DNA from: Lingula anatina
Taxonomy: Eukaryota > Animalia > Brachiopoda
NCBI GenBank assembly: GCA_051362555.1
Contig: CM120640.1
Location: forward strand, 42,944,788-43,008,787
Length of the DNA stretch: 64,000 bases
Reading direction: 5' to 3'
The position numbers and the translations under genes are program-made. The notes below the pieces were generated by a model. That model was not told the DNA's origin. It was given only the letters and a program-made list of their open reading frames with translations, and did no database searches. Positions 39,496 to 52,923 of the stretch are shown in pieces. Each line of letters starts with the position of its first letter. Position 1 is the stretch's first letter.

Positions 39496-41773
39496 ATGAA
39501 ACCGCCGGCTTTTGGCTTAGCTACTGTGTTCCTGCTCATTCTGCAGTTCTCTACAAGAGGTAGGCAAAATGTTCACCAAATGTTGAGATGTTTTATTATC
39601 CCGGAGTTAAAGAATCAGTTACTGATAGGAAATGGTGAGACTGAGTTCGGAAACTGTTAAACTGTTCTCTTGTTGGTGCTTATTTTCTTTTCTATTCTTT
39701 AAATGTGGGTTGAAGTGGTAAGCATTTTGGTAGGTATTTATCTTAAATACATTTGTTAAAACTGCAATAGAAAAGCGCTAAGAACCTATATTTATAGTGA
39801 TCCATAGATGTACGGTCTCTTTTGTCTCAGTTTTTTTTATTGTTTTTCTCAAAAAGCATTTATAAAGCAGAAGTAGAAATGTACACATTTTAATATTTTA
39901 GAAATAAACGCTCACGCGAGCTCAAAAAGGCTTCATGCTTCCCGTCATAGCAAGCCTAAGATCTCAGAAGGTAGGACTTAAGTGATTATCTGCACCTTGT
40001 GTTATATATAACTTTGACATCACGCTTGTACCTTTCCCTGCTAGGTAGACAAAGGATATCATTTGAATGGCAGTGTTACAGCACTATAGATAAGGTTTAT
40101 ACACACACTGTCAACTGCATTGTCCAGGTAACCTCATTCAGTGATCGTTTTCAAACGATCATAACATGCATGATCTGAGTGAAAAAATGTATTGCTTTTG
40201 CCAGTCACCTCTTTAACCTCTCAGATCCCTTTTTTGACCTTAATTTATTTCATTTCGGGAGTGCATCGGTGTTGTAAGTAGTTTTGAGAAAGCAAAAGCT
40301 GTGTTATTCGCCGGAGCGAACTCGAACTACAACTGTTTAATTTACTTTGTCCCACTCAAGTGCTATCTGCTTTCTTTTAGTATCTGACACACTTAGTGTG
40401 GAATGCGTGTGTATGTCACATTTTTCAACTCATTTGCTATGCCTTCAGACAAGTAAAGGACATTTGTCATTTCGGTGCGATATGTATGTAACTCGTGATA
40501 AGCTATTTGTTACATTACAATACCGTAACTGATGCCCCTGTTACACGGGGCTTTCGACCAATTTTGGCCCACTCTCACAATAATGCAACAAAGGAAAAGA
40601 CCGCAATATTTAAAATACATTGACACTGATTTGTGAATTTGATGTTAACTCACAAATATTTGCAAAGCCTCAACAGTGGGTAAAAATTCGTTTTCGAACC
40701 AGTCGCAAGCCAAGTGGTAAGCCTGTATGCCCTTGACCATGTATGGTGAAAGTTGCCAGCGCATTCTCCCATATTCTGCATGTTATTTAGAACCTACTCC
40801 CATTGTTTACTGGTGTTATTCATTTTTAATAAGACAAAAGATGATAGATCTACTCACTTTGAGGATTGTCATGCTGGCAACTCTGTGGGCAACGTTTGGT
40901 TTTATATTTTGAATCTGCCAGAATTGAATGCCATTATTTTAACTTGTCCAACAGCACCTCGTCTACCAGTAGCACTAGATTGTGTTTATTACTCGGATTT
41001 TGGTTCTTGCTCATCTTTTTGCACAAATGAAGGGGTGAATTGAGAGAGGGACAGAGAGAGTGACAAAGTGCATTGTCTCAGAATTTCTAACCTTTTCTAG
41101 TGAAAAGCTCTATGGTATGCTTTGCGTGTGGACAGCAAGCCAATATCATTATCAATAGCCGATGTGGGGATCCATTCATAAGCGACACCAACGGCACGAA
41201 CGCACGCAGCATTCAGATCTTACACTGCGACAATGGATGTTCAAAGTTTAAGGCAGAGATAGACGGTATGTAGGGTTACTTCCCAGGCATCCAAAGGATC
41301 CATTATATTCAGTATAATAAACTGAATCGTTTGGAATCTACAAGATGCATTTTATTTAGTATGTCAGATATCAAAATACCCTGGAGCTGGTTTTCAAAAG
41401 TAATAGGAGAAACTTCTTTCTTATCAATGGATAAAGTGCGTGTCTTTTATGTAAGTCGGATGTATTTCCAGACACATTTTCTTGGGTATTATTCATATTA
41501 CACGATCCGTTAAAAAAAAAGAAAAAAGTTATATACTCCTTTATTTCAGGCCGTCAGCTAGTAATGAGAGGTTGTGCTTTAACTGGTGTACAAAAGGAAC
41601 ACTGTCGAGAACTGAGACACCATGGTGTGCTAGGCGAGATGTGTCAGTGCAGCTCAGACAGATGCAACACAGCAACCAGTGGATTTTTCTCTGTCGTTTT
41701 TGTTTTTTATCTGCAGTGCGCCATAGTTAGTTTAATAGGCGTCAGTGGGATGTTCCCTATATTAGGGCAGTGA
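39496..41773 (+). CDS. Ly6/uPAR three-finger protein (quiver/sleepless-like), probably GPI-anchored, 150 aa
   Basis: Exons 39496-39559 (signal peptide), 41101-41265, 41550-41773, both introns phase 1. Ten cysteines: CFAC...C...C...C...RGC...C...CQCSSDRCN, then a hydrophobic tail. Confidence 0.88.
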
Positions 41774-43609
41774 CAGTCTCACCTTGTGACAATCTTATGC
41801 CACTTGTTTTTCGTGAATATCAATGAGCACGCTGTGTAATGCAGAGGGGGTGCAAGCACATCCCACTCTCTACATCTCTGGTATGAACAGTACTCAAACT
41901 GTACAGAATTCTTAAGGGCGGTCACATTGTGGAACGTTGCATGTACATGTGTGCCTTTCCTTTGCGCTTATTCTTGGGGTGACTTTGCCTGAGATATACT
42001 CACTCATGCCAGCGGTGTTGTCTCTCAAGCTACCGTGGATGCACTACCGTGGGTGCACAAGAAAAAAGTCACCATTTTGTCCCTGGTCCGTGCTTATGGA
42101 CACACAGTCTAACTGATGATGCAGTGCCAAGGGAAAGGATTGCGATTTTTGGCTGATACGCCAATCTAGGTTCATGCTTTACTACATAAATCGTCAGTCC
42201 TCACGCAAGTACATGTAACACCTTTGCCTTTACAACGCTTTTGATTATACAAAGGCTTAATTACAAATCATCTATTTTTTCTTCAGTCGATGCCTTAGGT
42301 ATAAATTTAAACTTAAATTAAGGTACTCCGTGTTGGGTTTTATGCCACGTGGAAAATTACCTTAAATGGGTTAGCTTCTTATTTCTTTGCTTCCTGTGTG
42401 GAATAAACATATTAGTGTCTCAGTCTCGCGTGTCAAATTTTATGAAGATTTACAAAACATCATATTGCTTTATGTCACTCTGAGATTTAAACGATAAACC
42501 CAAACGATCTTTTACTTCATAAATATACCGCAATTTAAAATGTTCCCTTCATAAACCTCTAGTTCTCGTGACATGCAGTATTGTTTGAAAAAGATGTACA
42601 TAGCACTCATACCCCCCTTGTTTGTATGTATTGAATAAGATTACGTATCTTCTATACTTTTAGATAGAAGCTAAACTACATTTTGAGCATGTTAGTTTGC
42701 ACACGCCTCTCTCATGGCATATGTTTCCGTGATTTTATTTTCAATACTTCTCGACCAGATATAACGTGGAAATGTTACAGAGTAAAAAAAGTAAATGGTC
42801 AAGTCTTTGGTACGTAAATTTCTTATCGAATAAACATGTTTGCCTTTCATTTAACGTTCTTGTATAAACGCCAAATGCAGTATCATCCACGTTGACATTT
42901 TATATGTTTACTATGGAACTACAAAAATGCTTCAAAACTAACTACAACTTACCTTTGCAATCTGATTATTGTTATTACAAACGTTTGGTTTAATTATAAA
43001 TATTATACATCTACTTAGACCAAAATGTGCATGCACATCCCTGGAAAGTGGAGTCCGGTCATAGAATTTGTTTGGGCATTCAAGGGAATGGAATAATAAG
43101 CCCAGTTGTTTCTTTTTTTTTTTCTTTTTTTAATTGGATCCCTTGGCAAAAGAAACAGTAGTGATGTATTTGTTTCAGTGAACCCTAGCTTTCCTACATT
43201 AAGATTAACAGTGTACACATATTTCAACAGAGACTTAAATAAATCACCGGTATACCCTCAACTAGAAAAAAATCACAGTAAGTGAGAACAAACAATTATA
43301 AAAAGTTTTTATTTTACATAAACTGTTGACAGGTGGTGGACAGCGACTTCCAGATAGATAAACTGCACGCACTGAGGTATGATCATGTACAGACTCAGGG
43401 CAGACTTACACCGGTTGTTGTGAAGATTTGTTCAAACTTGTTCTAAAACGGCTGTTGCCCTAAATCCAAGTACTCGGCACTTGGACTGCGGCTTCTGTAA
43501 ACCTGTAAATCCGCGTGTAAACCTTGAATGGCTGGATGTTGGGAAACAATACAGTTATCCATAATCACTAATACATGTAAGGGACCCGTTTATATGAATA
43601 TACACACTA

Positions 43610-43910
43610 CAGGGGCGGATCCAGGATTATTTGAAGGCGGGGGGAGGGGGATCCGCAGATGTGAAGCCTCGACCCTCCTCCTCCCCCCCCCCCTCTTGGC
43701 GTGGGCTTGGACATAATAAGAGAAGGCCTTTCCTTTTTACGTCCAAGGCGTGGGGTTCGAAAATTTTTGGTATTTTAGAGGGCGAACGAAGCCATTTGGG
43801 ACGGTTTGGAACTTTGATTCATCTAGTCAAAATTCTAATTTCAAGAGGGGACCAGAGCTCGAAGGGGGGTGTCAGGACCCCCATGACCCCCCCCTCTAAA
43901 TCCGCCACTG
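43610..43910. mobile_element. MITE, same family as 31426-31692
   Basis: CAGGGGCGGATCC...ATCCGCCACTG with an exact 5-bp target duplication CACTA. Confidence 0.85.
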
Positions 43911-44391
43911 CACTATCGGTTTCTAACGGTAAGCAGAACCTTTGGCAATATTTCTGACTCTGGTATAGACAACATAGTGATAGTTTTTGTTGTTTACTCC
44001 GGCCAAGTGTCAAGGGGAATAATGCATGTACACTTATTGGAGTCGGTTTTTCTCAGTGTCGAAGGTTGAAATGAGAGTTTCTCAATGTATTATCACAATT
44101 ATGATTATCGACATGCGAAACGCACAGGCTTTCACATGTTCTGCTCATCGCGCACAAACGATGGTCATGCGTATAGCATTTTATCATAAGTCTTGCCTAA
44201 CTAAGAATCTAATTATTTGGTAAGTATGGAGATGACCATTGTATCATATTGTACACAGATTTCTTATTTTGATATATTTTATCGATGTAGCCATTACATC
44301 ACTACTAACTAATTGGTATTTCATGTACCTGTAATTCACGTGGTGACCCATAGGTAACAAGGTTTTCTATTCATTTTGGGACCCCCCCCCC

Positions 44392-44439
<48 letters not shown>

Positions 44440-45575
44440 TCTATTTGATTATGCTTCAGGTAAGTAAAAAAGCACACACAATTACAAAACAAAACAGAAT
44501 GAAATTACAAAACAGATGAATTAAATAGCCATATACATATATCAGTAGATAAATTAATTTCAAAAATAAAATCATTATAATATACCAGTTTTATACCAGT
44601 TAAGTCATATGAGTCTCAATAAAAGATAAGCCTACTATGAATTAAAGAAATATGAGCTGAAATCAGAAGAACCTGTGTTTAGACTGAAATACATAGCATA
44701 GGTGTGTAGATGATATGATTGGAGTGGGTTCCGCTGTCAACGCTACACGCATCATGTCAAACGAAGACGATGTGTTCTGTTTGTTGATCGTGGGTAGCAC
44801 GAGACAGAGAAAAAATGGCTTCAATTACAACTGTTATTTTGACAGATAACTAAACAGGCCAAGTCACGTAACACCTCTTCTAAAATATCCGCCGTTTAAT
44901 TGCCAATATTATACAACATAAAATTTCTACGGTTTTAATCTCGCTTTCACCTGTTTCTCAAAGAAAAAGAGAAAAAAGCGGACTTCATTTGCGTGTTATC
45001 ACATTAAGACATGTATGATCTAATTTAGAGAAATAACAGACAAGAGATGAGAAAAATAATACACCCGTAGCCGACCATTTATACGACGCGTGTTAAACAA
45101 CTATACCACACTTTAATAAGAATTCTCTGCCATGTTCCATTGAAAATGCAGTATGTGTTCGTTGCTGTTCTTTCTGGTAGCGTTATAACATGTTCTTAAA
45201 GATTTCTTTCGGAGTTAAAAGAAAATGTGAGAGAGTCAGCCTAATGAAAGTATTGATATACGCGCTGATGTTAACGAGGCACAAAGAGACCAAATGCAGG
45301 CCTTCATCTACAGGACACTGAACCCAGTGAAACGCAATAGAAAAGTGGTAACACTCACATACCAAATGTTCATATTGCGGCTGCGAAGACCGAAGGCGAA
45401 AGTGAGTCTCCAACTGCAATACAATACTTGGAGCGCCATAAGCTTCTTTCTTCCAACAATTTAGCAATTAGTGGCGAACTGAATCATATACCAAATATTA
45501 TAGATTTGTGTGTCAAGGACACAGTGGTACCGGTATATTCATCTGTCTGTTTATAATCCAATACCTTCAATTCCA

Positions 45576-48500
45576 TTACATTCTAAGCATATTTTCTTTG
45601 AAAAAAGCACCGAATAACACACATATCAGAATGGAATGATGAGTTTGTGAGTCTACACGTGCATTATTACAAAAGTCTGTTGAACAGTAGCAGAAATCGC
45701 CCTGCAAACCGTGTCTCACTTCTGACTGGCAATAATCCCCCGCTTCGTGTTGGTTTGCACACTTCCGTTCGACTCTCTGCTGGTCAACTGAAATATGAAA
45801 CACAGATCTGTTCTTTTATTTTGACAAATTGCATTTTGGCAGCATATATTGCTTCGGTAAAGGATCACTACACTGCACCAGACTGAACTCTTGGAATCAA
45901 AGTTACTGCAATTGTTGAGATAAAAAATCTAGTTCAAATACAGATGCATGTACTTCAACACAAATTAAGAAACAAAGACGCATTTTAATTAAAATTAGCA
46001 AAGGTTGGGCATAACATGCAATAGTATTCCCTTCATCAGTCGTGTTATAATCATACAGTTTCGCACATAATGCTTTCTGTAAAACATCGATTTCAATCGA
46101 ACTCTAATTTGAAAACGTCTTTACCGTGGATATCAGCTCTCCACTTTTGGCATCCTTCGAGGCAGTCGATAACATCAAAGTGGGAGTTATTGTTTGGAAC
46201 AAAACTGTCCCAGCACGTCCTGTCTTTTATATCAATACAATGATAACACTTAACCGCTTTTCCAGGCGCTGAAAGAAAAAAAATACGTTTGCTCTAATTA
46301 AGTTGAGTTTAAGACGTTGTATTACCTTGTTTTCATGCACGGTCTTAAAAATAATCAAGGGTATCAGATTCACTGCGATTTAAATCAAGCACCTAACCTT
46401 TGCAGGCGATGTCAGGATTTCAAGATCCAATAAGACCCAATCTTAAGGGAACAGGCAACAGGGGCTTTTCAAGTCAATCCATTTCTACTGCTGCATTAAG
46501 ATACAGTATTTTACACATAAAACGGTATGTAAGGGAGGTACACGGCGCATGAAAATAAATGCAGCCTGATGTAATGTATATTTCAGACTGAATGTTCAGA
46601 TATATTTGCCGTCGATAAAGGAAATACCCTTAAACATTGGTATTTTTTCTGGGATTAAATATCTGTGATATAGATAAAAACCTGAAGTTTGGCAATGCAT
46701 GGAGACCCACTTTCCATTATCTTTATGCCAAGTGCTTCTTAAATGCCATAGAAATAGTGGGTGGTTCAGTGCTCCTGCTGTTTAAATTAACGCAAGGATT
46801 CTGGACGAAATTCAAAGGTAATAGCCTTGATTCCGCCTTCAGTCATGCTCAGTACACACCTGACCAATGCTTCCATCAGAAACAGGTGAAACCTGTAATG
46901 TCTTGCCTCTAAGATACGTAATTGCATTTTGTCTGTATTTAAAACCCGACGGATGCACTATCAAATTTCACGCATGGAAGGCACAAGTTCAAAAGTTGAA
47001 TAATATGCACATTGGCAGGAATATATTATCAAGAATGGTGAGACATTGTTGATATTGGTTAAAAGGGGTCGAGTAGCGAAATATTAAACTAAATACAGTG
47101 CGCGTCTTCTCTCGTTTCCATTGCTGTATTAGATACTGTATTTTTAAACGGAGTATAGAAGGGAGGTACACGACACGTGCAAATAAATGTAGCCTGGCGT
47201 TATATAAATCTCAGACTGAATTGCCTAAGCTATAGATGGTGGGTACACCTTTGGGTTTTACCATTTAAGATAAGATAAGATAAGATAAGATAAGAGTTTA
47301 TTCAGCCATTAATATATAAATATAAAATTCATATAAAACGGAAATTGGACTGCTATTCGGGTTACAAATTATAAATAAATAAATTATAAATTTCCATTTT
47401 TGTTGTTAAAATAAGACACAGCAGATGGGTAAAAACTCTTTAAAAACCTTTTAGATCCCTTAAAAGTTAAAAGCCTGCAGTTGCTCGGTAAAAATTTAAA
47501 AAGCCCATGTGCGGGGTGGGTATAGTCAGACATGATTTTCTCTGTTTTTGTTACTGATCTATTAGTATAGATGGCACCTAGAGAGGGGAGTTCCAGACCG
47601 ATGATTTTGCCGCACGTTGATGTGACCATATCTAGACGCTTGCGTTCTTCTACAGTGGCCCGCCCATACCATACTATGATTGCAAATGTTAATATACTTT
47701 CTATAACGCATTTGTAAAAGTTTGCTAAAATCATTTCATTTGAAGTAAAATCCTTCAACTTTCTTAAAAAATATACCCTTTGCCTCGCTTTTTTTAACTG
47801 TTTGTCTATGTGGTCCTTCCATGTAAGTGAGCTATTGAATTCTACCCCCAGCAGTCTAAAATTGGCTACTTGCTTTACTGCAGTGCCACTGATATGAATG
47901 GGTTCTTTCACATTTCTGTTCTTTCTGAAGTCAACAATCATTTCCTTAGTCTTCTCTACATTCAGTAACAAATCGTTGTCTTTACACCATTGTACAACTG
48001 AGTTGACATCGTTTCTATACCAGGTCTCATCATTATCACTTATTAAGCCAATTAAAGTGGTGTCGTCTGCAAACTTCACGATGCAATTACTCTCATGAGA
48101 TGAAACACAATCATACGTGAACAAGCTGTACAGACATGGTGACAGAACACAACCCTGAGGCGCACCTGTATTTAAAACCACAATATCAGAAGTACTTGTA
48201 CCCACTTTCACAGCTTGTCTCCTGTCTAATAAAAAACTTCAATAAAAAACTAATAAAAAATTTTCACCCTTTTTATGATTTTAGCGCAGTCATCTTATAT
48301 ATCAAAGGAGATATATTTAACGCACCTTATCTATTACTCCTACAGGACACGCTGGCAAATTTTAAACCCGTTGGATTTTAACTCTGATGCCAAATATCAG
48401 GGGTTTGAGAAACGCGTTGCACGGCCAAAAATGAAAACCAGCGTTTGCCTCGTTTTGTCAATGTGTTAATTGAAATTTGAGTGAATCTACATTTACCAAA

Positions 48501-49288
48501 CCATGAATCATGCCATGTACCACTCATATTACCCTCTGATATTTGGGACTACTAAAATAGAATACAGAATTAAAGTATGAGCCATACAAATATTTGGTAA
48601 CAAACTACTGGCGCACCCTCGGACCAGAGAGTACATTTATTTCGATGCAAGAAATCAGACGAGAGTTAAATTAAAAAAAAAAAACTTTCTAAACGCCCTC
48701 AGGTCGGCAGAAAAAAAGGTGTACTCTCCGGAGAAGACTCCTTGATAATGACCTCAGAGCAAACCGAATGGTAAAAGAACCTTTTTTTCTGGCACAGACT
48801 TGTAGCCACATAGAATACCATATGGAATGAGTTAGGGCGTACCGTGCAAAGGAGGGATCATCATTAAAAATATTCGTTATGACGATTTTGTTGTAATTCC
48901 AAACAGGTTTTATTTGATGTGTATACGATTGCACGTTTATACATCTAAATGTTTTTTTTTTTTTTTTTTTTTTTGGAGTGTTCATTCTCAGGGACCATGA
49001 CAACAATCTTTCAAAATGTTTTGCAAATTTTCTGTTGTTGGTGTTTCTTCTACATCGTTCAAGTCTTACAATGTACATATTTTGTCGATAAGAATTACAC
49101 AGTTAAAAAAATATTAACAAATACATACTTCTGTTTCATATTGATGCTCGACTTTCATTTATCCAAACATTTTCGCGTAAATTGTGTCCCCGGCAGTTCC
49201 TTTTAAAATAATCTTAAATCATTTCGACACACACGCACTTACCTGTCAATAACAGCAGACCAAAAAGCACAAATATCTTAATATCCAT
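45576..49288 (-). CDS. Second Ly6/uPAR three-finger protein (quiver/sleepless-like), 133 aa
   Basis: Exons 49288-49243 (MDIKIFVLFGLLLLT), 46268-46125, 45787-45576, both introns phase 1. KCYHC...TCWD...DCLEGCQKW...RKC...YC...FCYCSTDFCN plus a hydrophobic tail. Confidence 0.88.
47266..48240 (-). mobile_element. 5'-truncated non-LTR retrotransposon (Rex1/Babar-like reverse transcriptase)
   Basis: Open RT frame SFLLDRRQAVKVG...NTGAPQGCVLSP...KFADDTTLIGLI...LNVEKTKEMIVDFR...SFYPSA (stop 47384). AATAAA at 47302-47297 and a (TCTTA)6 tail at 47295-47266. Lies in intron 1 of the second Ly6 gene. Confidence 0.92.
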
Positions 49289-49781
49289 TACAATTGATAT
49301 ATCAGGGCAATAGCAGTTGGAATCTACATGCAGATCAAGTGCTTTGCACTGGCTTCCAATCTTTGCTTGGGATCTTTCCTCTTTGCGCTAGTAATATCTG
49401 AGCTACGCTCGACGTATAGAACCTTGCTGGTAACTGCTTTCTCGAACAGTTGGGTGTTTCAGGTGGCATTAGAAAACATAGGCACCATCTTTCCGTATTA
49501 CTTTGGCGTAATCTAATACCAGTCCCTGGCTATCTGCACATGGAGGAAATTAGAAATGCTGCTCCAAGCATCGAAGCATTCTTGGTAATAGTTGTGCGTA
49601 TGACTAAATGCATTAGTCTTATATAACCTGACTGTTTATATAGTCCCTAAAGAAACTGTAAAGGACATTGGGTGGACATGCATTGCAATACTGATAAAAA
49701 TGAATAAGTAAATAAAACGTAAGCTTGCCAATTGGGGGATATCACTAATATAAGGTACCAGGGAGGTTGTTGTTGTTATTC

Positions 49782-49815
<34 letters not shown>
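49782..49815. repeat. (TTA)n microsatellite
   Basis: Direct run. Confidence 0.9.
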
Positions 49816-49816
<1 letters not shown>

Positions 49817-52800
49817 TACATTGACAAAAATGTCGATACAAATCTTATCGGTGGCTTTAGTGGTATAGTCATGATTGCAATCCCTGAAATCAAAGTATGA
49901 GGCATCCCCATTTCTCTTGTTAACAACCCTCAGCATAGTTTGTTTTGTCTACGTTATAATCGAGAAAATACTCAAACAGCTTAATACTCAAACCAAATAG
50001 GCATTTTACAGATTAGATATCTGTTCTGAAGAATCTTCAAGGTGGCCTGCGCTGTAGTTTTGACTATGAAACTCAAACACGATGCATGGAAAACTTAATT
50101 AAAGACCGTTATTAAACGAATCGCTTTCACGTGCACATACAAGCGATTCCATAAAAATTAATTTGCATGACTGTGGATTATGTTTGTGATGTGTACAGTT
50201 TGTATAACATAACGATACGTTCTTGACAGCCAAATTCACCACTGCATTCCCCAAATAGCTCATTGCTTCCTTTCCATGAACGGAAACGGCGGGTAACACA
50301 ACGTATGAATATGGAAAGCATATGTTTGCACGCAAAAATCCTAGAATACTCGCAGGTACGAAAAAAGTTCATTTATACCGAACGACTGTCACAGAAGACT
50401 CTTTATCTATTTTTATAGTGACCCAACGTAGGAGATATAAAGTTTGCAGGAATCATTATCTGTGGTAACATCCACATGACAAAACCATGTCTTAATTGGT
50501 TATGATACTGCTATTCTCGTAAAAATGTCAAGAAAATAAGCTTATCGAATTACTCATTGGTCTCATGAGGAAAGGGAAGCCGAAATTTCTCTTCATAAGT
50601 CAGATTAAGATAAAGCATAGTTCATTAAAGAAAGATAATGATTTAAAGCAATGTATTTGGGTGTTGTATTCATGATAATTTTCATATAGATGTCAATAAT
50701 ATAGGTTTTACATGGTAGCGCGTAACGCATTGGTCTTATTAACCAAGAGAAACACCAAACGTACCCATTAATCCTCATTTTATGTAAGATTTGGATAGAA
50801 AGTTTCACAGCTAAAATAAGGAAAAAAAGAGCAAATATTGATTGTGTTAGAGTGACTTACTAAATCAGTAGCTCTACAACATCAGGCAAGTTGAAATTTT
50901 TTTAAAATGTGTTGATTACTTTACAATATACTCTATATGCACAAACTGAAACATTTGGCACATGTGAAAATGATTCTTTGGATGGTTGCAATAAATCCAC
51001 CTCGTGGTCATGCTATTTTGACATATGAGAGATCCAGAGGATCCAAACAAACAGTGTTGCATGGACAAAATCAACCTCCTGAAGAACTTTGAACTTTAAG
51101 GGCTAACAACTGTTAATTTTGACCAAAATAGATTTTCCTGGGGTAAACGACAATTTTACCATACTTACCAATAGTTAATGAATCCGTTGTGACATTCAAA
51201 GTTCGTCCCGTTTTTTTTTTTTTTCAATACTCTCTTTAAAGATTAGAACAGAGGACAGCCATCTATGGACGTCACGTACAAATTCCAGAATAATTGCCAC
51301 GACTGTCATGGTGGTAAAATAGAATTTATTATATTTCTATGAGTTGTTTACAATATACTTATTAGGAAATGCGTTATCATTTTAAGTTCTCACTTATGAA
51401 GCTTTTCAAATAGCCTATTAATAAATAAATAAATGATTGAAAAAAATTGTTGAAATATGTCAAACGGCTACGATTATGTTCAGTGAACGTAAATGATCGT
51501 TTTTAAAGTGACTGCTTTAACTTTGCTCTGTACCCTATTTTGTCAAGAAGTTTGAACACCCCTTTACATATCTTGCACCTAAACCCCCTTCATCTAAGGG
51601 TCAAGTACAGCGACGTTTTATTCTATGCAACTTTATATTATCTTATGTATACATTATTTGGCCTCGTGTGCTGTAGGAATAATAGATAAAGTATCAGTTG
51701 CGATGGATATCACAAAAGGTGTGTGATTAGTTTTCTCTCAATACAGATAAATTTAAATTGAAAAGATAAAACAAGTCGGATTTTAAAAATAATTTACAGG
51801 GTGACCCCACTCACCCCCCCCCCCAAAAAAAAAAAAATTATAATAATTTGGTACCTAAATAGCAGAGCGTTGCCCATTCTTTCTTCATGGAGAGGGATAT
51901 CACGATATAAAAACGTGAAGACACCGTGGGATAGTTGGAACCATTAGCAGTGCAGCACTGTCCCAATCTCCCCCACATAATGTTTGTGCTAATATTGCAT
52001 TTAAATTTTTTGTGATTTTTATTTTCTATTTCTTATGTTTATGTTTTTACGTTTTCTTTTTAAGGAATAAATCAAGAGAATGAAGATGAAAAACAAATAA
52101 GCACTGCTCAACATTTTAAAGAAAGATGTTTCTGGGAAGCTACGCGGGGCCATTTCCATGGTGGGGCTACCTGAATAAATCCGATGCCTCTTAATATTCT
52201 ATTCCAAATGTGTATTGGTTTGGTATTAAAAAGTAACAGTAAATCACGGCTTGACAAACGTACATGGCGGACATAGGGGAAGCAAAATGTTTTGTGAAAT
52301 AAAAGGAAAAGGTTGGCTACAGTCATCGTAGCCTTTACATATATTGGCATAGCAGCATGCGGCCACGAATGAAATTAAGACCCCCGCGGGGATCTGCAGG
52401 AGAGGACTGGTTTACTACTCTATACCGGAGGCTAGCTCATTGATGAAATTAAACAGTGTGGCTGTTTTTGTTGCTGTTTTTCTTTTTAATAAAGGAAATT
52501 TGGTGCTTAATCTTTTGTAGTTTGGTTATTGTTATGTCTATTTGAAATAACGCCAACGTGTAGATATAAAAATAAGGGGCGAACAGCCATAACCCATAGT
52601 GAATCGAAGGCAATGTCAATTGAGAAATAATCAATATATTATATATGTGTTGGATAATCAATTCTGACACTCTAATTGTCTTATAATATTAAATAACCCA
52701 AAAGTTCCAACTTACTTCGCAGTTGGGGCAAGTTGGAATATTTGGATAGGCATGTTTACTCATATGTTTATGATAACCGAAATAAGCCATCGGATGTTTT

Positions 52801-52923
52801 GTATCAAGACATGTGTGGCAAATATCTGACTATTGTCAAGTGCTGTAGCTCTTCCTTCCGACCTTCGACAGCCGAGTTATAGTCCAAAATGTAAAAAGTA
52901 TTCCAACCCACCCCGCTCTCCCA

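Noticed and set aside
48689-49078. 129-aa minus-strand ORF in the Ly6 intron
   Set aside because: Runs through a poly(A) tract, no domain signature.
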